From: a virus | DNA length: 34,774 nucleotides | UHGV virus genome: UHGV-0288843 | Direction: 5' to 3' (one strand) | Part shown: positions 15,540-25,300 of the stretch, piece by piece | Layout: every line of letters begins with the position of its first letter | Position numbering within the stretch: position 1 is the stretch's first letter | The notes under the pieces: generated by a model | Told to the model about the DNA's origin: nothing | The model's database searches: none | Seen by the model: the letters and a program-made list of their open reading frames with translations, nothing else | Position numbers and translations under genes: made by a program

Positions 15540-16979
15540 CTATACTAATTCTGTAATATGCATAGAAGAAAGTTGCGTATAATCAAGTTGCTTATCTGCT
15601 GCTAATTCTAAACGAAACGCAAGATACTCACCTTTTTTTAGTGTAACATTTAAATCAAAGGCTGCGACATTTTGATAATTCAAACCGCCAACAGCCCCGA
15701 CTGCTGATCCAATACCTAAGTCTCCTACACCTTCATCAAGACCTTTGTCTATATGAGTATAAGCATATAGAACCCCTTTTGAGCTCCCAACTTGATATTT
15801 AACGGTTCCTTGTATATTTAATTTACAATCTCTCAAAACAGTAGCTTGCCACCTACCGCTATTCCATTGCAATGGATCGCTTTTCATCGGTAATCCAAGT
15901 CGCTGTCCTACGTTGCTAAATTCTGGTCCTAAGTTGTATCTTGACTTATTTTTGAATCCAGGATGATTAGTTCCTGATGAATACCAAGCTTCGAAAGGTT
16001 GCTCTTTTTCAAAAGCTACTTTTTTCCAATCCGTCCAAGATGAGGGCACACCACCAAATTGACGAATAACAATTGTTCGTTCCGTTTGAAATAATTGTCT
16101 GACTCCCCCTGGGTCTTTACTAACGAACAAACTTCCAGAGTTCGGTAGCGGCTTGTTTTCAACTCCTGTAGCCGGAATTGAGTATATGCCAGGTTCTTTA
16201 GCGTCATTTAAATCCGATAATTTAGCTTTTTTTAAAACAAATAACCCATTTTCTGCTGACTTTTGAGGGATGAATTTCTCATCTGATTCTGCCCGTGTAT
16301 AAAAGTCTGCTGCTCTCAATTCTTCTAGGGCGGCATTCATAGCATCAGTAACTGTTTTTCCAATTGTTGTAATCTTGGTTTCGCTATCTGTAGCCACCTT
16401 TGATATACGACCTTCTGCATCGCTGACTGTTTTATCAATTTTCGCTTGTAATGCATTCATTTCTTTTTTAATTGATTCAATACGAGCAACTACCGCATCA
16501 TAATCAGTATCTATTTTTTTTAAAGCTGCTTGATAGGCCTCGTTTAACGCTGTTACCAATTTGTTGTATTCTGTGATAATCGTTTCTGCTTCCTCTGCGT
16601 TAATGTCAGCATTTCCTTTAACAATAATTTTAAAGTCTCCGGTAGTATCTCTTTTCCCATCTTTTTGAAACGAGAAATAAGCCCTCTTGTATGTCCCTTC
16701 TACGCTAAAAGCTGCACTAGGAAACGTGTATTCAAATGTTCCTTTTTGCAATCCAGCGTTATTGGAAGAAACGTTTTCAGAATCAAAAACTTTCACTTTT
16801 CCGCCTGCGGGTTCTCCCTCAAAGGTAATAATTCCACCCGATAAATCTGGTATCTCATCTCGCCGAGAAATTTTCACAGTAATTGTTTGCATTTTTTCGT
16901 CGCCAACACGACCATAAATAATTGGTGGCATTATTGGATCCTTTGAAAAATCGAGATTTAATATCTTATTCGCCATCAA
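15540..16979 (-). CDS. tail fiber / receptor-binding protein (coiled-coil middle, C-terminal beta domain)
   Basis: Size is 479 aa. It is the last tail gene before the lysis cassette. Heptad-rich segment at residues ~130-230. Confidence 0.5.
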   Translation of the reverse strand: MMANKILNLDFSKDPIMPPIIYGRVGDEKMQTITVKISRRDEIPDLSGGIITFEGEPAGGKVKVFDSENVSSNNAGLQKGTFEYTFPSAAFSVEGTYKRAYFSFQKDGKRDTTGDFKIIVKGNADINAEEAETIITEYNKLVTALNEAYQAALKKIDTDYDAVVARIESIKKEMNALQAKIDKTVSDAEGRISKVATDSETKITTIGKTVTDAMNAALEELRAADFYTRAESDEKFIPQKSAENGLFVLKKAKLSDLNDAKEPGIYSIPATGVENKPLPNSGSLFVSKDPGGVRQLFQTERTIVIRQFGGVPSSWTDWKKVAFEKEQPFEAWYSSGTNHPGFKNKSRYNLGPEFSNVGQRLGLPMKSDPLQWNSGRWQATVLRDCKLNIQGTVKYQVGSSKGVLYAYTHIDKGLDEGVGDLGIGSAVGAVGGLNYQNVAAFDLNVTLKKGEYLAFRLELAADKQLDYTQLSSMHITELV

Positions 16980-19195
16980 ATCACCCCTCTATGATATTTT
17001 CTTTTATTCCTGTTCTTTCGATTAACCTTGCCCTCTAAATGCTCTATCCGTTCAATCAGCTGTTTATTTGTCAAACTGTTCAACATTATCTGTTTATTCA
17101 TATCTAACCCTAAATAATGATCTTCGGTGTCCTGTGCGCAAAGGAAAGGGGAATACTGAGCGATTAAACCTAGCTCTCGTTTTGCTGATGGCTGCTTTTG
17201 TTTATTTCTCGTTTGATAATTTTGTTTTCTGTTAAACTCAACAAAGTTTAGTTTCTTTGTTTCTTCAATGCCATCTATCGCAGTATTTTCAATGTTTTCT
17301 TTCAAACGTATATCTGATTGATTAATGATTGAATACCCGTTCATGTTTAAACTAGAGTAAAAATTTACAGGCGCATTATTAGGAACCTTTAACCCAGTAA
17401 TAAATATATTTCGTAGTGCCTTATCGTTTCCGTTAACATCCGTTTCAAATATTGTATTGAATAAACTTACATGTCCATTATTTCCATTTACACGGATAGA
17501 ACCTACATGGGCATCCGAAGAACTATCATAACGACCTAGCCATAAATCTGTTCCTGGATAAGCTGAAATATTCAAATATTCACGACCTGTTGGAATGTAC
17601 AGTGTTCTGTATAATCCACCTAGAGTATTTATCCCGTTTGATTTATACAAACGGAAAGCTCCACCTGTCATCTCAGAAAAAAGTTTTCCATTCCAAAGAT
17701 TCTTTATTGTTCCACTACTCATAGTTATTTGACTAGCACCGCTTTCTGATGTAATGGTACTACCTGTAATAGCTACCCCTATTATATTAATAGCTCTCAA
17801 TGTTCCCGTGGTCATTCGATCTGCAACAATCGCTCCGTTATTCGTCATAGCTAAACCGTAGGTACCGTTATAGCCTGTAGAACTAAATCCCAGACCACCA
17901 ACATTCCACCGCCAAACTTTCCTAGCCGTATTTACATCAGTTGTATCCATAATTAATAATTCTTGCGGGTCTGCTATGGATGGATAAATAACCACATGAC
18001 CTTTTCCAGGGTTTTTGATGATATCAGAAGCTTCTTTTTGAGCTTGTTCAAGCCAACCAAGTTTGTCTTTTATATCTTCAGTATCCGTTTTTGAGTCTTC
18101 AATTACTTTGGCAAAGTCGGTTCTTGCTTCACCTAATTCGATTGACTCGTATCGATCTAAAGCAATATTCCACACCGTTTTAACAATTTGCGCGGTTGTA
18201 TTGATGTTTAATTGATTAAATGCCACCGTTACCCAATCACACAGATCGACTATTTCCAAGTTTTTAAGCTGTTCTTTTGAAACAGAACTTGCTAAGTCAA
18301 CGTAACTAGCTTTTATACTTACCCGAGGGATACCTACATTGTTAGACTTGATAAACGATTGCACCATGCCACGCAAAGCCGCTACGTCTTTTGGCTCTTT
18401 GTCACTAAAATCGACCATCTGTATTCTACGTTCCGTGTAATTACCGACATAGTCACTATCTATATACACTTCTGGTAAAGTGATTATTTTTTCATCATCG
18501 CCATTACCAATTTTTGCCCAACCATATATTGAAGTATACGTATTTTCAATGGATTCCTCTTGATTAATATCTGTTAAATTTTTACCGTAGGCAATGACTA
18601 CATTCGTATCGGTACCGGCTTTTGCTAACAAGCGAACTTGATTATTATTAAAAAGATATTCCCCACCGAAATTATCTAAAATTGAACCAGCGACACCGCC
18701 TAAAACTTCTTGCGCATTTTTATATTTTGCGGGGTCTGTAAAATCAATTGAAGAGGTAGTCCTCACATCACTGTAAAAAGTAAAATCACTTTTAGGCTCC
18801 ATCTGACTTCTTAATTGATTCAATGCTGTTTGTGCCGAAATATTAGAATATTTGGAACCGATTTTTACCATTGTGCGCAACAATTTATAGCGATAATGCT
18901 CACAGTAAACAGTGACAATCCCTTTGATTGGTTTTGTAATTTGTGCAATTTCAAACCGTTGACTTTTAGCGACCAATGTCGGTCCAGCATCAGCGACTAT
19001 CCATCTTCCTACTTTCAGCTCATGAAACAAATTCCCTACCACTGGATACTGGAATGTCATATCATAAATACCATTACGTTCCCTTGTAGAAAGAGGATTT
19101 ATTGCATCTTGTAAAGGACCTATGCCTAGGGAGTTCCAATTGTTATTTTTCTTATCATGTAAAATAATCGTGCTCATACGGCTAAAGTCCTCCAT
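16976..19195 (-). CDS. tail-associated lysin / prophage tail endopeptidase (Tal)
   Basis: Size is 739 aa. Position after Dit. Gly-rich C-terminal region. Confidence 0.6.
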   Translation of the reverse strand: MEDFSRMSTIILHDKKNNNWNSLGIGPLQDAINPLSTRERNGIYDMTFQYPVVGNLFHELKVGRWIVADAGPTLVAKSQRFEIAQITKPIKGIVTVYCEHYRYKLLRTMVKIGSKYSNISAQTALNQLRSQMEPKSDFTFYSDVRTTSSIDFTDPAKYKNAQEVLGGVAGSILDNFGGEYLFNNNQVRLLAKAGTDTNVVIAYGKNLTDINQEESIENTYTSIYGWAKIGNGDDEKIITLPEVYIDSDYVGNYTERRIQMVDFSDKEPKDVAALRGMVQSFIKSNNVGIPRVSIKASYVDLASSVSKEQLKNLEIVDLCDWVTVAFNQLNINTTAQIVKTVWNIALDRYESIELGEARTDFAKVIEDSKTDTEDIKDKLGWLEQAQKEASDIIKNPGKGHVVIYPSIADPQELLIMDTTDVNTARKVWRWNVGGLGFSSTGYNGTYGLAMTNNGAIVADRMTTGTLRAINIIGVAITGSTITSESGASQITMSSGTIKNLWNGKLFSEMTGGAFRLYKSNGINTLGGLYRTLYIPTGREYLNISAYPGTDLWLGRYDSSSDAHVGSIRVNGNNGHVSLFNTIFETDVNGNDKALRNIFITGLKVPNNAPVNFYSSLNMNGYSIINQSDIRLKENIENTAIDGIEETKKLNFVEFNRKQNYQTRNKQKQPSAKRELGLIAQYSPFLCAQDTEDHYLGLDMNKQIMLNSLTNKQLIERIEHLEGKVNRKNRNKRKYHRGVI

Positions 19196-19935
19196 TTTGG
19201 CTTAATTTTAAAATCAGTGATATAGGTATAATTGATAATGCTTTCGCCTGGGGACAGAGTGATTGGGTTATAACCATCTGTATTTAAAAAGCAATATTTT
19301 GTGATATTAAGGCCACCATCTTTATAAGCAATGCCTTCTTCGCAATCTAGCGTAATTTTTCCTGTTCCAGCTTCTTTTGCAATCCTGAATTGTTGGCCAT
19401 TAATATAAATATTACTATCTTGTGTACTACTAGTTTTATTGAAAGTTATAATTGGCAGACTAGAAAAAGCTTCTGGATTCCTAATACCACCTCCACTTTT
19501 TATATCTCTTTCATCATCACCATCAAGACGAAAAACGAACGGCTGGCACTTAAAAACAAAATCAACATCTAACCAACTTCTTGTTTTGTCTGCCGCATCT
19601 ACTTTGCTGTAGCCTAGCGCCTTATAATAGTATTCGCTATATTCACTAAAAATAAGCGGAGCGTAATCTTTTGATAAATAAAGCCACGCAGCTATATCTC
19701 TTAACTGCGCGGCAATAGTTGTATCTGCTTGTTTATACAATCGTACTGGAAAGACCTTCTCGATGTCTTTATATTTTCCTTTATCATAAATGACATCAGA
19801 GCTCCTTCCATCTACCTCTGTAAACTGCAAAGCGGCTTCCGGAATAGTAAACGTCATTTCGTTTCTTATCCGCATAGCGAATTCATTCGATTGTTTCCCT
19901 CTAAATTGAAAATATGGATAGTTCGTTAAATCCAT
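19174..19935 (-). CDS. distal tail protein (Dit)
   Basis: 253-aa protein directly downstream of the tape measure, start-stop coupled. Confidence 0.55.
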   Translation of the reverse strand: MDLTNYPYFQFRGKQSNEFAMRIRNEMTFTIPEAALQFTEVDGRSSDVIYDKGKYKDIEKVFPVRLYKQADTTIAAQLRDIAAWLYLSKDYAPLIFSEYSEYYYKALGYSKVDAADKTRSWLDVDFVFKCQPFVFRLDGDDERDIKSGGGIRNPEAFSSLPIITFNKTSSTQDSNIYINGQQFRIAKEAGTGKITLDCEEGIAYKDGGLNITKYCFLNTDGYNPITLSPGESIINYTYITDFKIKPKWRTLAV

Positions 19936-22900
19936 TATAGCCGCCCCCTTGTTTGTCGTTCTGTGAGTGTTGCCAATTGTTGAGAAGTTTCTTCAATTGA
20001 TTTCTCATTAGAAAGATCTGCATGTTCAATGTTTATATTGATTGTAGGATTGTAGGTTTTCGCAAAGTTGCTATTATTTACAATTTGGCTACCCAAATTA
20101 GCAGCGCCCATCATATTTGTGTTTAATGCTAATTCTGGACTAGTAAAGTTAAAATTTGAAAAAGCATTGTCAAATGAGAGTTCCTTAGAAATAGAATCTG
20201 CCATATTAGAAGTAAGATGTTTAACATTATCAAATCCTGCTATTATTCCCTTTTCTAAACCAAACATTAGTGCAGAACCATTATCAATTAAAACTTTTTT
20301 ATCATATGGAATTGGACCTTTTAAACTAGCGATAGTATCTGCGATACCACTAACAAAGCCTTTAACTTTTTCAAATCCCCATTTTATTCCTTTTAGTAAT
20401 CCACCCATTAAAGATGTACCTGCATCCCATAGTTCATCTCCAACAATTGCAGAACCTAAACTATTTACTAATCTTTTTACTGCCTCTCTAGCCTCTTCTT
20501 TATTATTATCAATACCCTCTGCTAAACCATTAATTAATCGTATAGCTGCTTTCCACATTCTATCTGAGAAATTAATAATATTCTCAACTAATTTATCAAC
20601 TAAATCTGCAGCAGCGTTTACTAATCTGTATAAATTATTTCCAATTCCTTCTATACATTTCACTACTAAATCCATACCTGCATCGACGATTCGTGATAGA
20701 TTATTAGAAATACCTTGTAGTACGCTAACGATTAACGTCACTCCGGCATCAATGATATCAGGCATTCTAGAAGATAATCCATTTAAGAAATTAATCATCA
20801 AATTAACAGCCGCATCGATAATATCTCCCATTCTATTACCGATTGCATTAACAAAATTAACGATAATACTAATTGCTTCATTAGTGACTTTGCCAATATT
20901 ATTTGCAATTCCACGAAGAAAATTAATCAACAAATTGAAACCAGCTTGCAAAATATCAGGCAAATGTTTATTCAACTCTGAAAGCCACGTGATAATTAAT
21001 GTAGCCATGTTTTGCACTATTTTAGGTAATTGTTCTGTTATACCTTGAAGCAATGCATTGATTAAACTAGCTCCAGCTCCTAACAACTTTGGTAGTGCTT
21101 CAGTAAGTGAACCTAAAAAAGTAGTAATAATCATCGTTGCTGATTCTATGATAGTCGGCATAACTAATAAGATACCATTAGTCAGTGCATTGATTATTTG
21201 TACTGCAGATTGAGCAATGATAGGCAACAGCGTGACTATTCCATTAGTAAACGCCATTATCAGTTCCCCAGCAGATACTACAATGCTTGGCAATCCTTGT
21301 GCGATACCAGAAATAAAACCAGACACTACTTGTAAAGCTCCAGTAATAATACCTGGTAAAGCATTGGCAATCGCACCTAAAATTCCTTGTAGCGCTGTAC
21401 CAAAATTTGTACCTAATTGTGGCCCATAAGTCTTGATTCCTTCAGCTAATCCTTTAAAAGAATTCATAATTGTATCAATACCTTTATTTACATCTCCGCC
21501 ACCCAGAGCTTTTGCTAGTAATTCAAAAACTTTTATAAAAAGACCAACGGGACCCATCATTCCTAGGATAACCATTTTAAGAATTTTTAAACCTACACCA
21601 ACTATATCAAATGATTTTCCAACTCTCTCAGTTGGGTTTATAAGTTTTTTTAGAGAATCTATCACATTTTTTATTGCTTTACCGATTTTCATGATATTTT
21701 GCTCACCTTTGACGGTGAATGCTCCTTCAAGAAAATTACCTAATTCGCTCATATTTTTAATTGAACCAGACATTATTTTTCCGATTGCCTTTATCCCAAG
21801 TTTCATATCATTAATTTTTCCAGTAAAATTAATCATTCCTTGCCAAAGACTTTCAGGAAATAGCTTAATAAATTGAGACCTTAATTCCGCGATTTTCTCT
21901 CCTGGACCATTGGTTAGCATTTCAACAAAGCCTTTACTTAAAAGCTTTAATCCTTTAAATACTTGATCAATGGGTTTCATGAACGATTTTAAAGTCAACA
22001 CCATTCCATCAACCTTATTCCTAAAAGTATCTGAAGTTTTATAAAAATAGATGAAAGCTGCGATTAATGCACCAATTCCAGCGATAACTACAGCAAAAGG
22101 ATTTGCCATCATAGCCACTTTCATTAATGAGAAAGCCGTTTTGACACCATTAATTGCTGTTTTAACACTGTTCATAATTCCGATAGTTGCTTTGAAAGCA
22201 ATAAAGCCTGCTATAGCACCAACAATAACAGAACCTAGAAATTTAATTATTTGAGCATTTTTACTAATAAGTTCAAACAATTTATCAAAAATAGGAAATT
22301 TATCGCCAATTGAGTCTAATAGTTCTGCAAATGCCGCTTTTACATGAGGAATAGAAGCTTTGACAAAAGTAACAATCGCTCTTGGTAATGCTTTTAATAT
22401 ATTTCCAATCATGGGAATAAAGTTACCAAAAAGAAATGTGGCCGTTGTTTCTGCTAACTGATTTAAAGAAGGTTGGATATCTTGTCCAAGAGCCATTTTA
22501 CCAAGTACATTAGATAAAGAAGCTTTCATAGCTGCGAATGAACCGCTAAGTGTCTCTGCCGCTTCTTTTGCTGTAGTTCCTGTGATATCAAGATTTTCTT
22601 GTATTGCGTGAATGGCATTGTATACATCACTTAGGTTACTAATATCATATTTAACGCCTGTAAGTTTTTCGGCATCAGAGAGTAGTCGTTGCATCTCTTC
22701 TTTTGTACCACCGTAACCTAATTTCAAGTTATCAAGCATTGTATAGTTTTGCTTTGCAAAACCTTGATAGGCATTTTGAATATCTTGCATATTTGTACCC
22801 ATTTTGTTGGCGTTGTCAGACATATCAATCATAGCCATATTTGCAACATCTGCTGCTTTTTCTGTATCGCCACCAACAGATTGTAGTAAACTAGCGCTAA

Positions 22901-23255
22901 AACTTGTTACGTTTTCCATATATGCATTCGCTGATAACCCAGATGTTTTATACGCTTCATCTGCATACTTTTTTACTTTGTCCGCACTACCTTTGAATAA
23001 TGTTTCAATCCCACCGAGGGATTGTTGTAGATTTGCTCCTTCTGAAATTGCGGTAGAGAATGCAGTTTTAATTGATGAAATAGCTTTGCCTACAACTGCA
23101 GAAGCAACTTTTACTAATCCCATTGAGATAGCTAAATTTTTTATAGAAAAACCAGCTTTGTCACTACTGCCTTCCAATTGATCTAGCTGGCTGTTAAGCC
23201 CAGCTACACTTTTACCATTAACATCAACATCAATTACAACTTGCCCATCAGCCAT
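19935..23255 (-). CDS. tail tape measure protein
   Basis: Size is 1106 aa. N-terminal coiled coil, central transmembrane-like hydrophobic block, and long tandem ~11-aa periodic repeats (..GI.NN...I.DA..NL..). Confidence 0.85.
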   Translation of the reverse strand: MADGQVVIDVDVNGKSVAGLNSQLDQLEGSSDKAGFSIKNLAISMGLVKVASAVVGKAISSIKTAFSTAISEGANLQQSLGGIETLFKGSADKVKKYADEAYKTSGLSANAYMENVTSFSASLLQSVGGDTEKAADVANMAMIDMSDNANKMGTNMQDIQNAYQGFAKQNYTMLDNLKLGYGGTKEEMQRLLSDAEKLTGVKYDISNLSDVYNAIHAIQENLDITGTTAKEAAETLSGSFAAMKASLSNVLGKMALGQDIQPSLNQLAETTATFLFGNFIPMIGNILKALPRAIVTFVKASIPHVKAAFAELLDSIGDKFPIFDKLFELISKNAQIIKFLGSVIVGAIAGFIAFKATIGIMNSVKTAINGVKTAFSLMKVAMMANPFAVVIAGIGALIAAFIYFYKTSDTFRNKVDGMVLTLKSFMKPIDQVFKGLKLLSKGFVEMLTNGPGEKIAELRSQFIKLFPESLWQGMINFTGKINDMKLGIKAIGKIMSGSIKNMSELGNFLEGAFTVKGEQNIMKIGKAIKNVIDSLKKLINPTERVGKSFDIVGVGLKILKMVILGMMGPVGLFIKVFELLAKALGGGDVNKGIDTIMNSFKGLAEGIKTYGPQLGTNFGTALQGILGAIANALPGIITGALQVVSGFISGIAQGLPSIVVSAGELIMAFTNGIVTLLPIIAQSAVQIINALTNGILLVMPTIIESATMIITTFLGSLTEALPKLLGAGASLINALLQGITEQLPKIVQNMATLIITWLSELNKHLPDILQAGFNLLINFLRGIANNIGKVTNEAISIIVNFVNAIGNRMGDIIDAAVNLMINFLNGLSSRMPDIIDAGVTLIVSVLQGISNNLSRIVDAGMDLVVKCIEGIGNNLYRLVNAAADLVDKLVENIINFSDRMWKAAIRLINGLAEGIDNNKEEAREAVKRLVNSLGSAIVGDELWDAGTSLMGGLLKGIKWGFEKVKGFVSGIADTIASLKGPIPYDKKVLIDNGSALMFGLEKGIIAGFDNVKHLTSNMADSISKELSFDNAFSNFNFTSPELALNTNMMGAANLGSQIVNNSNFAKTYNPTININIEHADLSNEKSIEETSQQLATLTERQTRGRL

Positions 23256-23829
23256 CTTCTTCCTCCTCTCCTAAGTCAGTATTAGGTAAGGCATATTTCC
23301 TTTTTAACTCTCGCATTCGACGTTTTTCTTTACTTGATTCCCCTTTTTGAGGTTCCCAATTCCTAATCTGAATAATCCTCTGCATAATACAATTATCTGG
23401 TAGACTCTCTAAAAGTGCTTGAAACTCTTCCCAACTCATTTTTCCTTGTTCTTCGAAAAGATTAATACCAATTTGACGAAAAGAAGCATAGATATACTTG
23501 GCATCATAAACCAAATCTATATCTTTACTATTTATTTTAGTTGGTAATTCATTGCCTAATTCATCAGTTTCAACTTCGGAATGTTGACCTAAAAGCAGGT
23601 ATTCATCATAAACGTATTTAAACATTTCAAATTTTTGTAGTATATCTAAATCAACTTCCCCAACTAAGATTAGAATCGAAAGTTCAATCTTATCTTCTAA
23701 TATCAAACTCTCATCTTGTATTATTTCAAAAACATCAAGGACATGATCAAACGCTAAGTTTATTGGAAATTCTTTGCCCAAAAACGAAAAGGATGTAGTC
23801 AGCGGATTATTCAACCGCATAATACTCAT
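23248..23829 (-). CDS. tail assembly chaperone, gpT-like portion (probably expressed as a G-T fusion by -1 frameshift)
   Basis: Lies in the -1 frame relative to the upstream chaperone gene, with an ATGA overlap. This is the conserved siphovirus G/GT arrangement. Confidence 0.5.
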   Translation of the reverse strand: MSIMRLNNPLTTSFSFLGKEFPINLAFDHVLDVFEIIQDESLILEDKIELSILILVGEVDLDILQKFEMFKYVYDEYLLLGQHSEVETDELGNELPTKINSKDIDLVYDAKYIYASFRQIGINLFEEQGKMSWEEFQALLESLPDNCIMQRIIQIRNWEPQKGESSKEKRRMRELKRKYALPNTDLGEEEEDG

Positions 23830-24245
23830 CCTTTCTTTTTGCTAACTTTTTTTAGATATTCTTGTTTTAATTTTTTTGATTTTTTACCACGCTCATCTAA
23901 TAATTCAGTCTGTTTCTTAGTGTATTCTTCAATAGATTCACTAATACCTACTGATAAATCGTAAAAGGCGTTTAGCCATGCGATTATGTCTGGGATGTCT
24001 TTATACAAAATTGCAAACGTACCTTCACCAAGTACGGAATCATACCCTTTTGTCAACACAGAAATATATAATTCATCACTCATTTCCTCAGAATTTTCAT
24101 CTAAGTCTTTCAGTTCTTGTACGACTTTATCGTACGTTTCTTCATATTCTTTTATATGCTCTAATGAACAATCAAAGAAAAATTCGTGCCCAGCAATTTT
24201 CACTGGAAAACCAGTACGCTCTACTTTAATCTCTAATGCTTTCAT
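23826..24245 (-). CDS. tail assembly chaperone (gpG-like)
   Basis: 139-aa acidic protein between the major tail protein genes and the tape measure. Confidence 0.5.
   Translation of the reverse strand: MKALEIKVERTGFPVKIAGHEFFFDCSLEHIKEYEETYDKVVQELKDLDENSEEMSDELYISVLTKGYDSVLGEGTFAILYKDIPDIIAWLNAFYDLSVGISESIEEYTKKQTELLDERGKKSKKLKQEYLKKVSKKKG
23835..23841 (-). promoter_or_regulatory. Candidate -1 frameshift site (C AAA AAG) giving the G-T chaperone fusion
   Basis: It is the only slippery site downstream of the last -1-frame stop (TAG). It lies 9 nt before the G stop codon. Confidence 0.35.
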
Positions 24246-24258
24246 TTAATTACCTCCA

Positions 24259-24292
24259 TAAATAAGGACAGCCAAATAGCTGCCCTTATTTT
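24259..24292 (-). terminator. Stem-loop (attenuator) after the Ig-like tail gene. It overlaps the ribosome-binding site of the chaperone gene
   Basis: AAAUAAGGGCAGC uauuug GCUGUCCUUAUUU on the minus strand. Confidence 0.4.
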
Positions 24293-24297
24293 CGTAT

Positions 24298-24750
24298 TTA
24301 TGCTTGATTATTAAGTGTTAAGGTATGTTGTGCTGTTTTCTTACCATCCTCTGTTTCGCCTTCGGTAACATAAGTACCAACTGGTACCGTTTCTGTCCAA
24401 GTAATATTACCTGTTTCAGAGACAGCAAGGCCTTCTGTTACAGGCGTAATAGAATAGTTTACTTTTTTATTTGTAGCATTTTCAGGCAAAACAGTTGCTG
24501 TGATTTGTCGGCTACCTGCAGTACCCGCATTTGCTGTGGACGTTTTAGGAGAAAACTCTAAGCCTGTTACAGCAATTGGCGATGTTTTAAATGACGGTAC
24601 ATCTACTTTTTCGCCGCCGTCTGCAAAACCTACTTTGTATGTTCCTGATGGAACGTCGGTGTTTGGCTCAATACCTGTAATTTCTAGAGGGCTTGGACTA
24701 GCCGGAACAATGACTTCCTCACCTTTATAAACAATATACTCTCTAGCCAT
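24298..24750 (-). CDS. Ig-like (Big_2) domain tail protein, encoded as a separate gene after the major tail protein
   Basis: The C-terminal 80 aa (TGLEFSPKTSTANAGTAGSRQITATVLPENATNKKVNYSITPV...) match the bacterial Ig-like fold. It has its own ribosome-binding site. Confidence 0.55.
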   Translation of the reverse strand: MAREYIVYKGEEVIVPASPSPLEITGIEPNTDVPSGTYKVGFADGGEKVDVPSFKTSPIAVTGLEFSPKTSTANAGTAGSRQITATVLPENATNKKVNYSITPVTEGLAVSETGNITWTETVPVGTYVTEGETEDGKKTAQHTLTLNNQA

Positions 24751-24752
24751 TC

Positions 24753-24833
24753 TTATTCTCCTTTCTCCATTTCAATGATTACCCCAGTTTTAGTCGGAGT
24801 CATTTTACCGATTACTGGGGTTATACTTTTGGG
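24753..24833 (-). promoter_or_regulatory. -1 programmed ribosomal frameshift cassette at the 3' end of the major tail protein gene. It has the slippery heptamer C CCA AAA (24827-24833), a 6-nt spacer, a stem-loop (24782-24820), and an open -1 frame for ~24 extra codons ending at TAA (24753)
   Basis: Read directly from the sequence. See findings. Confidence 0.55.
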
Positions 24834-25300
24834 GTGATATTAGGTAAGGTATCAAAGGTAATCGTGCAGCTGAAATCTTCATACTCTGTCGCATCTCCTG
24901 CACCAGCGACAATATCTGTTACTGTTGCACGCCCTACATAAGTATCGCCATTCGTCATAATAATTTTATGCCAAATCTTACGATTTTCTCCAATTTTGTA
25001 TTTTTTACTTGCAATTAATTTTTGTGCGGGATCTTCTGGGTCATAAAATCCTTCAGGACTATAAGCACCAGAAACAGAAGTCACTGTAGTTTCTGGTGTA
25101 CCATCGCCATCATAGAAACCTGCATCGTCCGTTTCTTCATCGGTATCATCGCCAATTGAACTAATGTACTTGGCAAGACGTTTCCACTCTAACTCGGTAG
25201 TTGGTGTTGTTTCTTTCCCAGGTACATACTCAGCAATAAAATGCTGCCGTTTTGCATTTTTGTTCCGTGCAAACATTTGAATATTCATTTTTAATAACAT
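24821..25300 (-). CDS. major tail protein
   Basis: 159-aa protein positioned between the tail completion proteins and the chaperone/tape-measure genes. Ribosome-binding site is AAGGAGG. Confidence 0.55.
   Translation of the reverse strand: MLLKMNIQMFARNKNAKRQHFIAEYVPGKETTPTTELEWKRLAKYISSIGDDTDEETDDAGFYDGDGTPETTVTSVSGAYSPEGFYDPEDPAQKLIASKKYKIGENRKIWHKIIMTNGDTYVGRATVTDIVAGAGDATEYEDFSCTITFDTLPNITPKV

Noticed and set aside
20068-21048. 326-aa plus-strand ORF (also 21217..21876 and 22051..22254, and 22804..23181)
   Set aside because: Antisense to the tape-measure gene. Composition is low-complexity (I/L/P/S-rich), which mirrors the tape-measure periodic repeats. No ribosome-binding site. It is an artefact of a long repeat-rich CDS on the other strand.
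23847-23853. A AAA AAA heptamer near the end of the gpG-like gene as the G/GT slip site
   Set aside because: After a -1 slip here the ribosome reaches TAG within two codons. The productive site must be the downstream C AAA AAG (23835-23841).
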